Made by a program: the position numbers and the translations under genes. From NCBI GenBank assembly GCA_020891255.1, contig BQFW01000003.1:372001-436000 (forward strand): 64,000 nt of DNA, written 5' to 3'. This DNA comes from Entomortierella parvispora E1425 (Eukaryota > Fungi > Mortierellomycota). This document shows positions 1 to 12,013 of this stretch, piece by piece; positions within the stretch are counted from its first letter, which is position 1; each line of letters opens with the position of its first letter. Under the pieces are notes generated by a model, which was given only the letters and a program-made list of their open reading frames with translations, was not told the origin of the DNA and did not search any database.

Positions 1-731
1 GTGGCGCCTGGCAATCAGAGATCGCCACCATCAATACCACGCTGAGGATTCCAAAGCAAAAGCCTCCAAAGGCTATTCCATACCCCAGTGCTGCTCGTCG
101 TGCTGTTCAGATGATCGCGGACGCCGATGCTGCTTCCACTACCGCTACCGCCACCAACCCGTCACCCTCGTCCACAGCAGAGTCAACATCTACAACGGAA
201 CCAACCTCCACGACTGATGCGCCCTCCCCTGTATCTCCAGAATCGACAACGATAGCAAAGCCTAAAACCAAGAAGTCTCCCGAGATGATATCGATGGATG
301 TGACGCTCACGCTGCTGAAACCCACACTTCTCATGAACGTGAGTGGGATCTCTGTGCAGATGGCGGTCAAAGGATTGGGGATCCCCCACAGTGACTTGAT
401 TGTGATCCATGACGACATGGAGCGCGAACTGGGCAAGGTCTCGTACAAGACACATGGATCGCACAATGGTCATAATGGCATCAAGTCAGTTATCAAGTCC
501 TTGTCCTCACAATATTTCAAGCGGTTGAGGATAGGTATCGGCAGACCCACCGCGCCAAGTGGCAACAGGGATCAGGATGTCGTCTCCAAGTTTGTGCTGG
601 GCAAGTTCAAGCCATTGGAGATGAAAACTCTGGAAGAACAGGTCTATGATCTGGCCCGGGATGAAGTCCTGAGGATGGTGGTCCCCTCAAAGTCACTCAA
701 TGAAGTGCGTGGAACCACCTGGTCTACCTAA
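1..731 (+). CDS. PTH1: Peptidyl-tRNA hydrolase (Pth family), 3' part; gene begins upstream of the window
   Basis: Frame is open from position 3. Pth motifs LLKPTLLMNVSG, LIVIHDDM, HNGHNGIKS and RLRIGIGRP, and FVLGKF near the C-terminus. Confidence 0.9.
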   Translation, partial: GAWQSEIATINTTLRIPKQKPPKAIPYPSAARRAVQMIADADAASTTATATNPSPSSTAESTSTTEPTSTTDAPSPVSPESTTIAKPKTKKSPEMISMDVTLTLLKPTLLMNVSGISVQMAVKGLGIPHSDLIVIHDDMERELGKVSYKTHGSHNGHNGIKSVIKSLSSQYFKRLRIGIGRPTAPSGNRDQDVVSKFVLGKFKPLEMKTLEEQVYDLARDEVLRMVVPSKSLNEVRGTTWST

Positions 732-877
732 AAGACCATTATTGTATTTTTATAATAAAAAAAAAATAATATAAAACTCTGCTTTTTGTGTCTTTTGTGT
801 CCACTTGGGCGCCCAGGAACGTTTTGCTCTTGGACCGGATGGATGCGCGCTGTCAAGTGTCAGCCCCTTCCGTTTTT

Positions 878-2032
878 TTATTCTTCTGTGGTCAAGAAGG
901 AATGACGGAATTTTTGCCATCTGAAATTTTGACGCAGCTTTTCCCAGGCCTCGAAGGCCTCTGGTTTGTAGTTTTCGCCCGCCCAATGCACCGCAAAGTC
1001 GCCAATGTGATATTTCTGGTCGGGTTCCTCCGCCACCAGCCAGTAGCTGTTGAAGCTGCACTGAGGGATATACTTGACGTTGTCTTCGGCTCTTGAGCTG
1101 TCCCAGGTGACGCGAGACGTTTTCTCCTCCCGTCCTCCCTCTGGGGTAATGATGGTGGCAGTTTCAAGAACCATTTTGCTCTGTAGCATCACGTTCATCC
1201 AATCCTGTTCATGGAGACCAGGCCCCATCTTTTGAAGAAGGCTGTTCATGAACTGACGGGACCATTCATCAATCTTCAAGAAAAACACGCCCGCATTCAA
1301 TCCATTGACGTCCTTGGTAATGATCAACGAGTATCGATTGTCAAGAAACTGTTCGAGGCGAACGCCCATCTCCATCAAAATCGCATCCGTGTCGATCCAA
1401 AAGATCCAGTCGTGTCTCTCTTGCTTGACGTACTCTTCCTTTTCGCCTTTGCCCGCTTTCGATGGATCGAGTTGTCGATCCAGCTCATCCTTGAGAATTT
1501 TGATCTTTGCCCAAGCAGGTGTCACGTTTCCGTAGGGATGCGCGGCCGCGATTTCTTCAAAGTAATGTGTAAAGTTGTCCCTGAGATCGTAGCGACCCCG
1601 ATGGTAGGTCACATAGTCACGTCGGTTCTGGTAGGATGTTTCGCCAAGGACCCGGCACTTTGATTTGGGATCCGAGTTGGTACAACGTTCACCTGAAAGG
1701 ATCACGATCTTGGGCGGGAGGAAGTCTCTTGCAGAAAAAGGGCTCTCGCGCTCATGCTTGTGTTCGTTCGGAGTAGAAACGGAAGGGGGTTGTGGTCCGT
1801 TTTGGCCGGATGTGTTATCTTCACCTGTTGTGTCCGATGGTCGTTTGGAGGGAGTCGACAGGCCGGAAATTCTCATCCCAGTTTGATACCTTGGATCGAC
1901 ATAGGGTATACAGGTCCGAGTAGAGTGGAGGAAGATCCTTGGACTGAGCAACGTTGCAGTAGTTAGAAGGGCAATGATAACGGCGGCAGCTACGAAGAGG
2001 ACCCTGTTCTTCTTGAATCGAACAAAAGTCAT
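878..2032 (-). CDS. Glycosyltransferase family 34 (MNN10/GMA12-type Golgi mannosyl/galactosyltransferase), single exon, 384 aa
   Basis: N-terminal type II membrane anchor (VLFVAAAVIIALLTTATLL). Motifs WAKIKIL, WIFWIDTDA (DXD), DVNGLNAGVFFLK, EQD and FAVHWAG. Confidence 0.85.
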   Translation of the reverse strand: MTFVRFKKNRVLFVAAAVIIALLTTATLLSPRIFLHSTRTCIPYVDPRYQTGMRISGLSTPSKRPSDTTGEDNTSGQNGPQPPSVSTPNEHKHERESPFSARDFLPPKIVILSGERCTNSDPKSKCRVLGETSYQNRRDYVTYHRGRYDLRDNFTHYFEEIAAAHPYGNVTPAWAKIKILKDELDRQLDPSKAGKGEKEEYVKQERHDWIFWIDTDAILMEMGVRLEQFLDNRYSLIITKDVNGLNAGVFFLKIDEWSRQFMNSLLQKMGPGLHEQDWMNVMLQSKMVLETATIITPEGGREEKTSRVTWDSSRAEDNVKYIPQCSFNSYWLVAEEPDQKYHIGDFAVHWAGENYKPEAFEAWEKLRQNFRWQKFRHSFLTTEE

Positions 2033-2898
2033 GTTGTGTCTTTTTTACTTGTTGCAGTTAATTGATGATGGAAAATGAAGACGAGAAAGCAGAGGGGAAG
2101 GTAGAGGAGAGTCAGGGTGATGGCGCCGTGTTTGGTTAATGAAAAGTGATGGAGGTGGTGAAAGTGGTAAAGGTGGGGATAGGGGGCGTTCGGCAGAGAA
2201 AGAAGAAAAGAGTGCAAATCAGCTGAAGTGATGCAAAAGTAGCCTGGTCGGCAAGGAGAAAGTCACTGCCAATGCAGGCCCGAACAAAGGGTCTGAAAGC
2301 ACAGAGCGGGTAAGAGGGCGTCGCATGAGGGCTCATTGGGAGGTCGTGAACGGAAATCGACAGAATCGGCGGAGATAGCAGAGGTGTTGGATGAGTGGGC
2401 GTTCACCAGAAACAGAAGAGAATTGTACAAATCAATTAAAATGATGCAGCTCGGTCGGTGCAGGAGAAAACTTGGAAGGGTTGTGTTGATTGGAGTCATT
2501 TGCCAAGGGCACAGGTTTGCAGGCGCGGGGCAGGCAAGAGGGCGGGGTGAGAGGGTTCACAAGGACCTTGTTTCTGAAAGCTTTTAACGGTAGATGGGTT
2601 ATTGTTCCTCAAGGTAGCTGTGAGGACTTTACATAGTTGCTGTTGGCGACCCATTTGATCGATGCCAGTCGATCGAAGCTCAGAGGATTTCATTATATCC
2701 TTGCATCCTCACTCACCTTTCATCTCGATATGGAACATGTCACTCAAATTCGATCCTTCTCATCTCAAAAACATTATTCACAATATTTCCATCTATCGGT
2801 GGAGTTGAGGGCAAGGGTGTTCCAAATGTATGGCGTCGAGGGCAAGCCCAAAGAATTTTGGGCTGTAGGGATTTCTTTCCTGGGCTGATAAATATACC

Positions 2899-2927
<29 letters not shown>
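2899..2927 (+). repeat. Poly(A) tract, 29 nt
   Basis: Direct read, in the TRL1/GT34 intergenic region. Similar tracts occur throughout the window. Confidence 0.9.
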
Positions 2928-2929
<2 letters not shown>

Positions 2930-3056
2930 CAAAAGGGTTTTGAGTACAAGCAGCGCTGTGCACGCAACCTGCTGCAGGCGATATTTGTTTATTTTTTCAA
3001 AGGCAGCTCCTCGACAGAGCAATACCGTACTGTACGTGCAAGAAAAAAAAAAACAG

Positions 3057-6000
3057 CTAGAACATCATCCCCTTCAAATGGCCTGTAAACACCTTGGCTT
3101 TGTCTAGCTTGATCGAAAAGATCTCGGGACCCGTCGGCGCCTTCTCGTCACCATGCTTCATCCTCTCGCTCCAAAGTCGAAGCACATCGTTCGACTCGTA
3201 CGGCTTCACTTGATCATCCACTGTACCCACCGTGATGTGCAGCATTGATTGAACAGTCTCATACCCCTCGCCCGACCTTGTTCTCCTGGCGTCGCTGACG
3301 CGTAAGATTGCAATTCGCTCTGTCCAAACCAAATAATCTACCACCACAGTGCTATGTAGATCCGAGAGGCCATCATCTGCTCCCTCTCCTGCCAAGGGCG
3401 TTGTGACAGTGGCGGCAGGGGGAGTGGGCAAAGAGCTAGCTGCAGAGTTTGCTGCTGTTGTCGTTGTTGTCGGGACTGCGGGGGCCGATTTCCGTCCATG
3501 ACGGTCTCGCCTCCGCACAACAGGTATAAATGCATCTTCTGTGTCCGCTGTTGCTGTCGCAGAATCGTCAATCGACGGCAAAGCCTGGGACATTGTGGAC
3601 GTAAACGTTTCCAGAGGTGATGCGGGAAGTGAAGTCGAGGGCGACGATGACAAAGAAGGTCCCCCGGCGAGCTCTTGGGTATATTTTTGCCACAAGTCCT
3701 CTGCTCGCTTGGCCTTTTGAGGAGACGCGTTCTTGCGAGCAGATGTATGGACCAAGGTGACATGTTGGTACTGTCCAATCCGATGGGTGTCCTTCCATGT
3801 CTGGAGCTGTCTTTGGAACTGCAACCAGTGGGCATCCTTGGGTCCAGTGATATGACCACTCGATTTCTCGATCGGCAAATCCCTCTGTTCAAACTGCTCT
3901 TCCAGAAAGTGCAAGACTGAGGACGCTTCCAACGATACGGCATAGTACTTTGGTTCCCGAACCTTTCTTCCTTTGAAGGCAACTGATCCACCGTTGCCGG
4001 GGCTCGTCTGGTTGTTGTCTGAGGTCAACAAATTATCCTTGGATGCTAGTCGCATTTCTGTCAACTGTTTCTCCTTGTGAAATTTTTCAGCCTCTCCAGA
4101 TGCTACACGCGCAGGTTTCCAGTCCTCGCGTGCAAATCGGACCGCTTCCACAATCTCTTCATCCGAGGGGACAGAATGGTTCCCAAGACCTCCAGCGCCC
4201 AAGGTAGGGATCGCAAACTCCTTGACAATCCTCTGCACAAACACAAGCGACTCTTCTCCAAACTTGGACTCGACCACGTTGCTGAATTGGGAGTCAGGTG
4301 CCACCATGGGGTTCAGTGGATTAAACGCTCTCAAGAACACATTGATCACATGCTCAAACTCTGGGCAGTACTCTGGGGTCAGGTTCTGATGGTTCGATCC
4401 TCGGTCTTTGACTCGCTCGACCTCCATCTCATGAATCTTGGAGCTGGGCAGATCATCGTGCGACCAGTACAGAGCTACAAACCGGGTCTTGGGGAATTCC
4501 TCCAGCACCGCGTTCATGAGGCGTTCTCGGTGCAGGTACTCGTGGTTGTTGCGGTCCGCAATCACGACCATATGGGTTCGAAGTTGGTTCACAATCTCAC
4601 GGACAAACTTTGGACCAGGATTCTTTCTAATATGCTGAAAGTCGTCGCTGCTCACATGCGTCCATCCAAAGAGTTTGTTGAGCGACACACTGACAGTTGT
4701 CTTGCCGCATCCGATGGTTGCAATTGGGATAATGACAGTTCTCTGGAAATCCTCCCGAGTTACTTTGCTGGAGGAGGAGGAAGAGGACGTTGTCGTAGTA
4801 GCAGTGATAAGAGCCTCCTGTTCCTTGGTTGGCTTGGACTCCCAATGTTTGATGAACATGTCACGAATGGCAATGATTCCATGGTTCTTGTTGTATCCTC
4901 TAAAGAGCTCAGGCTGAGTCTTCATCAAGCCGTAGACGAAATCCACATAGGGTCTTGTCAGGGGATACTTCATCCTCCGAGGCATGACCGCCACCTCTGG
5001 TGCATTGCCAGGAGTCGTCGCGGCCTTGGGTGTTGCAGTCGATCCTCCGGCCTTGGACTCCTTTGCCTTCTTGCTCTGGGCCTTGCCCTCCGCAATCATC
5101 TTTGCCCTCACTTCTGCAGCAGCCTTCTGCTTCTGTTCCGTGGCCTCCCGCTTGGACTCGACGCTCCAGATATGTTTCGTGACCTCGCGCCATTCGCGGT
5201 ACATCAGATAGGGTTCATCGTACTTGATCTTGAAAAATTGGACGTGGCCATTGTTTCTGTGCTGCGCCCTGACGACGAACCCTTCGACGGCTCGATTGTC
5301 GTATTCTCCTGCATTTCGGACCTTTTCTGCAAAGGTCATGACTTCCTGGAAGGATTTGCAGGTGATGTAATCCACACGCTGGAATCCCCAGTGTTCAGCT
5401 GCCTGTTGAACCTGTTCACTTGGCAAGGTCTGGAAATTTGCCGTGTTGCGGTTCAGTCCATGGAGGTACAGCCCAGCACGCTCTCCAGTGTACTCCAAGA
5501 TATGTTCTTCGAAGCTGTCATCACAGAGCTAAGGGGAGGCAAGAATAGAAAAAAAGGAGCAGAAAAAGACGTTAGTATAGCCCTATGAAGCTAAAAAAGA
5601 AAGAAGATTCGTTTCGTGCAACAGCAGAGGAAAAGGGCCCAAAAAAAAAAAAAGTTACCTCGGCCACCGCCGTCAAGTTGTTGTTCCAAAGCCAGAGTCC
5701 AAACTCTTGAACAGTCTTTCCCTTGGCCGCCAAGTTTCGCTCGAGCCATTCGCGTCCCTTGACTGGATGCTGTCCATCCGAGTCATTGCTGCCTTGCTGC
5801 ACTTCTCCAAACTTTTGCTGCTGTTGTTCAATCGTTCCTAAATTGTGCTTGCTGCTCACGACACAACCGCCCTCTTGTCCGACAAGATGAGGAGGTAGTC
5901 CCGCCATAAAGATGATGCATCCGTTCTCCTTCAGCGTCACCTCGTACGGTCCTGTCGTCTCTGCCTCCAAGTAGTCGAGCTTTGTCTGTGCAACCTCGCC

Positions 6001-6501
6001 GATATTAAAGAACTTGTCGTATCCTCGGATCAAAATATGGCTGTATGGTTGAGGAGAGACGGCGCCATCGATGGAGGATCCAGGGGAGGGATGATCCATA
6101 TTCGGGCCGTTATTGTTGTCGCTAGGGCGATTCTGGTTCCTGGAGGGTGCGTCCTTGTCCTGGTATGTGAACAGACCACGAGCCAAGGTGGGAAGCGTTC
6201 CCTTGGAGTACTCAAACTCGTTCAGACGCCATGAGATCACCTCGAGGGTATTCTTGCCATCACTGTCGTTGTTCTTGTGGTGGCCGTTTTGTGGGGGGAG
6301 AGGGATCTCAAACTTGTTGGCGTAAACGAGGTTGCGTCTCCGTTTGGGTCCATTTTCGCCCTGGGGCTTGTTCTCGGCACAGTCGTGCAGCTCACGAATG
6401 AGGGCGTCTGCCTTGGCCTGTTCGGCAGCAATGGTCTCGTCATTGTTCCTGGAACGCGTCTTGCTCTGGTCCTGTGGCTGCTGGGGGAGCTGATCGGTCA
6501 T
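3057..6501 (-). CDS. TRL1: Fungal tRNA ligase Trl1 with ligase, polynucleotide kinase and cyclic phosphodiesterase domains; 2 exons (6501-5659, 5528-3057)
   Basis: Ligase motifs GYDKFFN, TLKENG, SKH, AE|LCDDSFEEH across a GT-AG intron, EGFVVR and FFKIKY. Kinase P-loop IGCGKTT and ADRNNH. Two CPD HxT motifs, HVTL and HITVGT. Confidence 0.95.
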
Positions 6502-7023
6502 TGTCTATTGAATGAAGGATGAAAAGGGTGGGTCGAGTTGGATGGGCCGATGAATAAAGAGCGGGTAACTGTGTAGTTGCAGTGAATGAGAGAGAGAGAG
6601 GGAGAGAGCGAGGAAGAGAGGAATTTGAGAGAGGAGGTGGGTGGGTGGGTGGATGAGAATGAGAAATGGCGGGAAACAACGAGAATGAGCAAGAAGGAAT
6701 ATAGATGTCTCTATTTTATGTAAAAGGGGGTCTCCACTCAGCCTCGGCTGCGGCCACGTCCCCGTGCGACGCCCCCGGGTTTCTCGCCGTCCGCCTGCTG
6801 TGGAGCGATACGATAACCCCAATACTCCAATGTCCACTAACACTTGGGCCGCTTCTTATCCCAGCTCGATTACAGAAACATCTATCTGTCCTCGGGGGGC
6901 GCAACGGGAGGGAGCAAGCCAATTGAGGGCACAGCCGTCGTTGGCTCAGTTTTTTTTTTATTTGTTTTCTTTTCAAGGCGATGGGTAGCGGCGCCTTTCT
7001 ATTTGATGGCGGATCAAAAGTTC

Positions 7024-10000
7024 TTACAGGTCGCAACCGTCAACAACGTCGCCAAGGCCAATGCCTTGTGTTCCAATGTGTGTCTGGCCTATGTATCCGC
7101 CAGACTCCTTCATCACCATATACACAAAAAGCACGAGCGTGTACCAAACATTGAGGCGTTGCTGTTTTAAGGAAGAAAAAAAAGAGCGGCCAGGGGGTTA
7201 GTGTGAGCATGCCATTGACTCTGAATAAAGTATATTGCCTATCAGCTCCTCCGCGGACAAAATGCATTGCGAAAAACCAACTTACAGGAATGACTTCCCA
7301 CATAGAACCCTCGACAACGAGGTTGTAGTTGGGTGGCGATTTAGACGTTTGCTTGATCTGAAGAGACGTCGACGAGTCTGGCTTTGCTTCTTGGGGCACA
7401 TAGTGCTTGAACGAGAACATAAACCGATCATAGGATTGACTGGACTGCGTGGGCATAGCCAAATCCATATACACAGTGAACAGGTGCATGATGATCTGGG
7501 CATCCGTGGGAAGCTCAGCTGTCCACGATTTCCTGCCGCCATCCCAAGTCACTCCGTTTGAATTCCAGATGAAATGAGTCAATACTGGTCCCATGGCTAA
7601 GAGGATGACAATCGGAGGCACAGTCAGCAAGGTCTCACCAAGCACTAGTGTCTTTGGAGCAGAATAAGTAGTTATAAATACCTTGCAATCTTTCAACGAC
7701 ATATTTCCGGTTGGCGTAACCAGGGATAGCAAGATACATCTCAAGCACCAAACGCTTCTTCACAATATCCTCCTGTTTTTCAGAACCACAGATCAAAGTT
7801 AGCACCGGTAATAAAATGCATCAGAATAGTCCAGATAGGTCATCGTCGTTTTTTTTGGTTGCTTACCTGGCCATATTGGGCCTCGAGTTCTTGCAGTGAA
7901 GCTGGAAGCTGAGGCTGCTGTGGTTGAGCAGAAGCGGCAGCAAATGCACTGGGAAGTCTTGTGGTAGCGATACTGGCTGCACCCCAGCCCAGAGCGTTTG
8001 TAGGAGCAGGGGCTGGGACCGATGCAGGGGCTGCAGCGGTAGATGGTCCGGTGGCGTTGTTCTTTGGCAGCGGACCAGAGGTATAAAACATGGTTGCGGA
8101 TTTGCAGTCCAGGTACGAAAGTCCGATCTTGGCCAATCCTTCATCCACAATTTCCATGTCCTTGCAAATATGGCTCACGATATTGTTCCACATCCACTTG
8201 CGCATATTCAGGGCCCAACGATCAAGCTGAGCCTCGGAAACTTTGAGAGACTTGAGGACCTTGCTGTGTCCAACAACATACAGACCGTCTTTTTGGAGGT
8301 CGGCTTTCGATGTGTGATCCTTTGAAAGAGTCGTGCGCAGAGCGGGCTGATAGCGTCCCAAGTTTCCACGAAGTGAAAAGTTTCCAAGCATATCCGGCCG
8401 AGCAGCGTTATCGCCCATGTTCGTGACATTCACTCCCTTGGACATATCAAGACCTCCCTGAATACCACTCTGAGGAACTCCAAACGTGCTATGCAGACCA
8501 AACTGCCTCTTGCTGGGATCCGTGTCGACCCCTTTCCATTCAGCCTGCAACTCTTCCCTTGCTTCTACATTCTTCATCAGGCGGAGCAGGTCTGCCTTAT
8601 CCTGGACGACCGATTGGTTGAATGACCGAGACATAGACTTGTTCAAGATGGTGGCGGCGTCCCTGTACTCTGCTGCAGCAGTGCTCACGGATGCTTTCTG
8701 GAAGGGTGCTCTTACAGGTGTAAACGATACAGCGGAAGGGTTAACGTAGGTGCTCATAATGGGACGCTCGGTCGCACTCTGTGTCTGTAGATCAGGATGA
8801 CAAAATACAGGTTAGGGAGTCTCGTTCAAAATAAAAAAAAATGCACATTCGTCCCCCACTTACAAGGTTGATCGATTTCCTGAAGATAGGCACTTCACCA
8901 GGCACTTTGCTGACAACGGGGTCCAAAGCAAGGAGGGCACGCTGTGACGCTGTCAGAGGGGCGTTTTCAAAGTTGTTGGTGCTTGTCAAGTAACTGATAC
9001 CAACTTCAGCAATGTTGACCAAGAGTAAAATTCTCCATGCCCATTCTAAAATATACCACGGTGAAAGGTTAGCCGTTGTTCAACTTGGGTGTCAGTTCAA
9101 AGCATGGAGTAACTTTAGTTTTCAAAATCATACCAAGCCAGAAAATAATTGATGGGTTCACGAAGGAAGTGAGGAGTTTGGTAATTGATCTAGAGGCAAA
9201 TTGGCGAATATCGGTTAGATAAGAAACATGATTGGAATGGCCAGCTTTCCAGAATCATATGTTTTACCTGTATAAGCTTGCTCTCATCACATAGTTGGTG
9301 ACAAACAGTCCACCAATATTGACAAGCAGGCGACGGAAGGCATTAGGGGCGAGTCCATTCTTGCTCCTCCATTGGTCTATTGTCTTGATCGTGGGAAGTT
9401 CGTATTTGCCTCTCAAAACTGGTGCCTTGGATGGGTCTCTAGGAAGAGTAACTGTTGGTTGTACCGATGTGACCGCGACCTTCTCAGAAGGCACATCCGG
9501 ATAGTCCGATAAAAGCGATCTTGCGGGCTTGACTGTATCAGTGGATTGAGGTGGTGTAACAGTCTTTGGTGAACGAGAAGAGCTCATGAATGCGAGGTTG
9601 GGATCATGATTGGCACCGTTGCCGGACGAGCGCGATGAAAGAGCTGGTGACCGGCGCGGGGAGAGCCCGGAGAATGCAGTGGCGGCAGATTCCTCCCAGG
9701 GTGCTGGTGGCGCAGCAGGGTAAATGCGACTCCGGAATTCGTTTTCGCTCCTCACTGGTGGTGACACTGGTGTGGGACTGAACATAGACACAGGAGCCTT
9801 GTTCTCAGCTCTGTAATCTGCATCCGCAACGCTGCTGACGGGAGGTAGGTCATTCCACGTATCAAAGAGACGGTTTTGGCGCGGTTCGGTACGAGAAGGT
9901 TCACTCTCCACCGAGATATTGTCAATTTCCGCTCCTTCCCGGAAAACCGCTTTTCCTTTCTCAGCAGACGTGTATTGTCTGGCTGCTGGGGTTGACTCCC

Positions 10001-11342
10001 GAGAGCTGATAAAGTCCCGTTGACCGTGTCCTTCGTTGGAACTGGACTCTTCATCGGATTCCTTTGGCGATAGGAAGGATTTCATGAGAAGGCCACCTGC
10101 ACCAGCCGCTGTCATGCCCTCGAGCACAGAACGACCACCAGAATGGCTGTCCTTGGTGCTGGTTCCTTGTTGGTTATCGACTCCCAGTGATTCTTTGAGG
10201 GCATCGACAGCCTTTTCCTTAAGTTTGTCCAAAGTAGGACCGTCGTTGAGGATATCAATGGCCTTTTCTTTGAGTTTGTCGAGAGCGGTACCGTCCTTCA
10301 GGCTTTCAACCATATCGTCGTTCATAAAGTTCTTAAACAGATCGCTGTGTTCGATCTTTTCAACGATTACATCCGCTACTGACTCATCCTTGTCGTCCGT
10401 GTCTGCTGTTGGAGGCGAGGACTTGCGAAGGAATGGTGCTAGGGGTGACTCTGTTGTTCCGCTAGACTGGGTTGTTTCTGGTGCAGATCTTGACAGCGAT
10501 TCGGTCTTTTTGATTACGTTGAAACCGTCCTCTGGCTCTGCATCAGACTCGACTTGAAACTGAGTGTCCCATCTTTGAGAGTTGGCGAATTCTGGCAACG
10601 ACGCAACAGCGCTCAGGGTGGGGAGAACTGGAAGACCGGCGTTGCTCTCTGATTTCTTTCCAATCCTCTCAAAAGTGCTATCCGAGAGTGAAGGGTAGAT
10701 GGGTGGCATTTCCTCCTCCTCTTCAAGTGCGCCCTGAGTTGCTGCAGAGTCTTGGATTGCGTGGCTCTGTCCCTGAGCGTGTTCCTGCTCCTGATCCTCA
10801 TGGTTGTCATTCTCCTCTTGATGATTAAAGTCGGGCCCTGATCCAGATCCATTTAAAGAGAACTCCTTGGTCCTTGATAACTCGGGATAGCGACTATGCG
10901 AGGCTTCCTTGGTCCTCATAATATCGGTTGACAAAAATGCAGGGGTCTCCGAACTAATGCCCTGGCCACCACTGAGGATCAGTCGGCTGGTTGTTTGAGA
11001 GACAGGGAAGAGGCTTTTGGGGGCCTGGGAAGAGGGAACTTTGGTCGACTGAGGTACTGCGGTTCCCTGCTCCTGGTCGCTGTCATCAGTATCATCTAAA
11101 ATGACGACGGCGCCTTCGCTCTCTACTGATCCTGAACGGCGCTCAGTCTCTGAGAACTCGAGCTCTTCTTCCTCCTCCAGATTTTCAATCTCTTGACTCT
11201 CAGCACGCGTTGAATCGACCTGGTCTTCCTCCTCCACGATGTCGCTGCTGAATGGCGAAGGTATGTCTTGTGTATGATCATTGTCCGAGGTGGGCTCGCT
11301 CAGCCTGGATGCGGCAGGACGCGAATCAGCCTCTCCTTCCAT
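7024..11342 (-). CDS. TMEM209/POM34-like nuclear envelope membrane protein (CytochromB561_N family), about 1256 aa; exons 11342-9268, 9189-9134, 9045-8864, 8784-7867, 7772-7682, 7596-7286, 7161-7024
   Basis: All six introns are GT-AG and keep the frame. Family-like segments PLTASQRALLALDP, WALNMRKWMW, YVVERLQ, FIWNSNG, W-x-x-ELPTDAQIIMHLF and LVLFVY. Confidence 0.75.
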
Positions 11343-12013
11343 GGTTGGATTCCTGCGGTCGTGATGATGGGTGATAGTGTGAAGGCAGAGTGTCAGCAAG
11401 CAAACAGAAATGGACAGGCCCCATGGCACGACAACACGCGCGATTGCATTGCATGCAGAATGGTGGCTTGGCTGCAAAACAGGGACGGTGTCACGTGCGG
11501 GTCTCATTCTTGAACTTGGATTTTTTTATTTTTTGAAACAGAAAAAGAGTGGGGAGAATGACATTTGATTTTGAACAGAAAAAAGAGTGGAGGGAGAACA
11601 AACACTTGCATGTTTGATCTTGATAACAACGGCATGGAAGTATGAGGAGTATATATATACATGGTGATTTTGAGAAGGTCTTCCCGCTGCAATTTTTTTG
11701 TGTGTTTTGTCGTAATCTTGTGTTATGGTCCTGCCTCTTATCGCATCTTGCCCAGAGAACGGGTTGTACTCATGTACCCCGGCAGTCTGCCGATAACAGA
11801 AACGCACGACTGGAGATTACATTTTGCCCAATTGGAATGGAGGGAGGGGGTAGGGGGAGGCATGCTTTCCAAGAAAGAACCATGCCGTCCCACAATCCGC
11901 AGGTGAAGGCGGACGAGATCGTCGGTCGACAGGATATGAATCGAGGGAACTGAGGGCATCTTGAAACTGAGTGCGCTTGGAAAGTGACATAGTACAGATC
12001 CTGTCTGTTCCAC

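Noticed and set aside
4077-5588. 503-aa + strand ORF
   Set aside because: Antisense shadow of TRL1 with no recognisable motif. The same applies to 33194-33997, 46442-46987 and 44891-45526.
7040-8757. ORFs 7040-7744, 7840-8757 and 9264-11507 as separate genes
   Set aside because: Canonical introns join them into one in-frame TMEM209-like gene.
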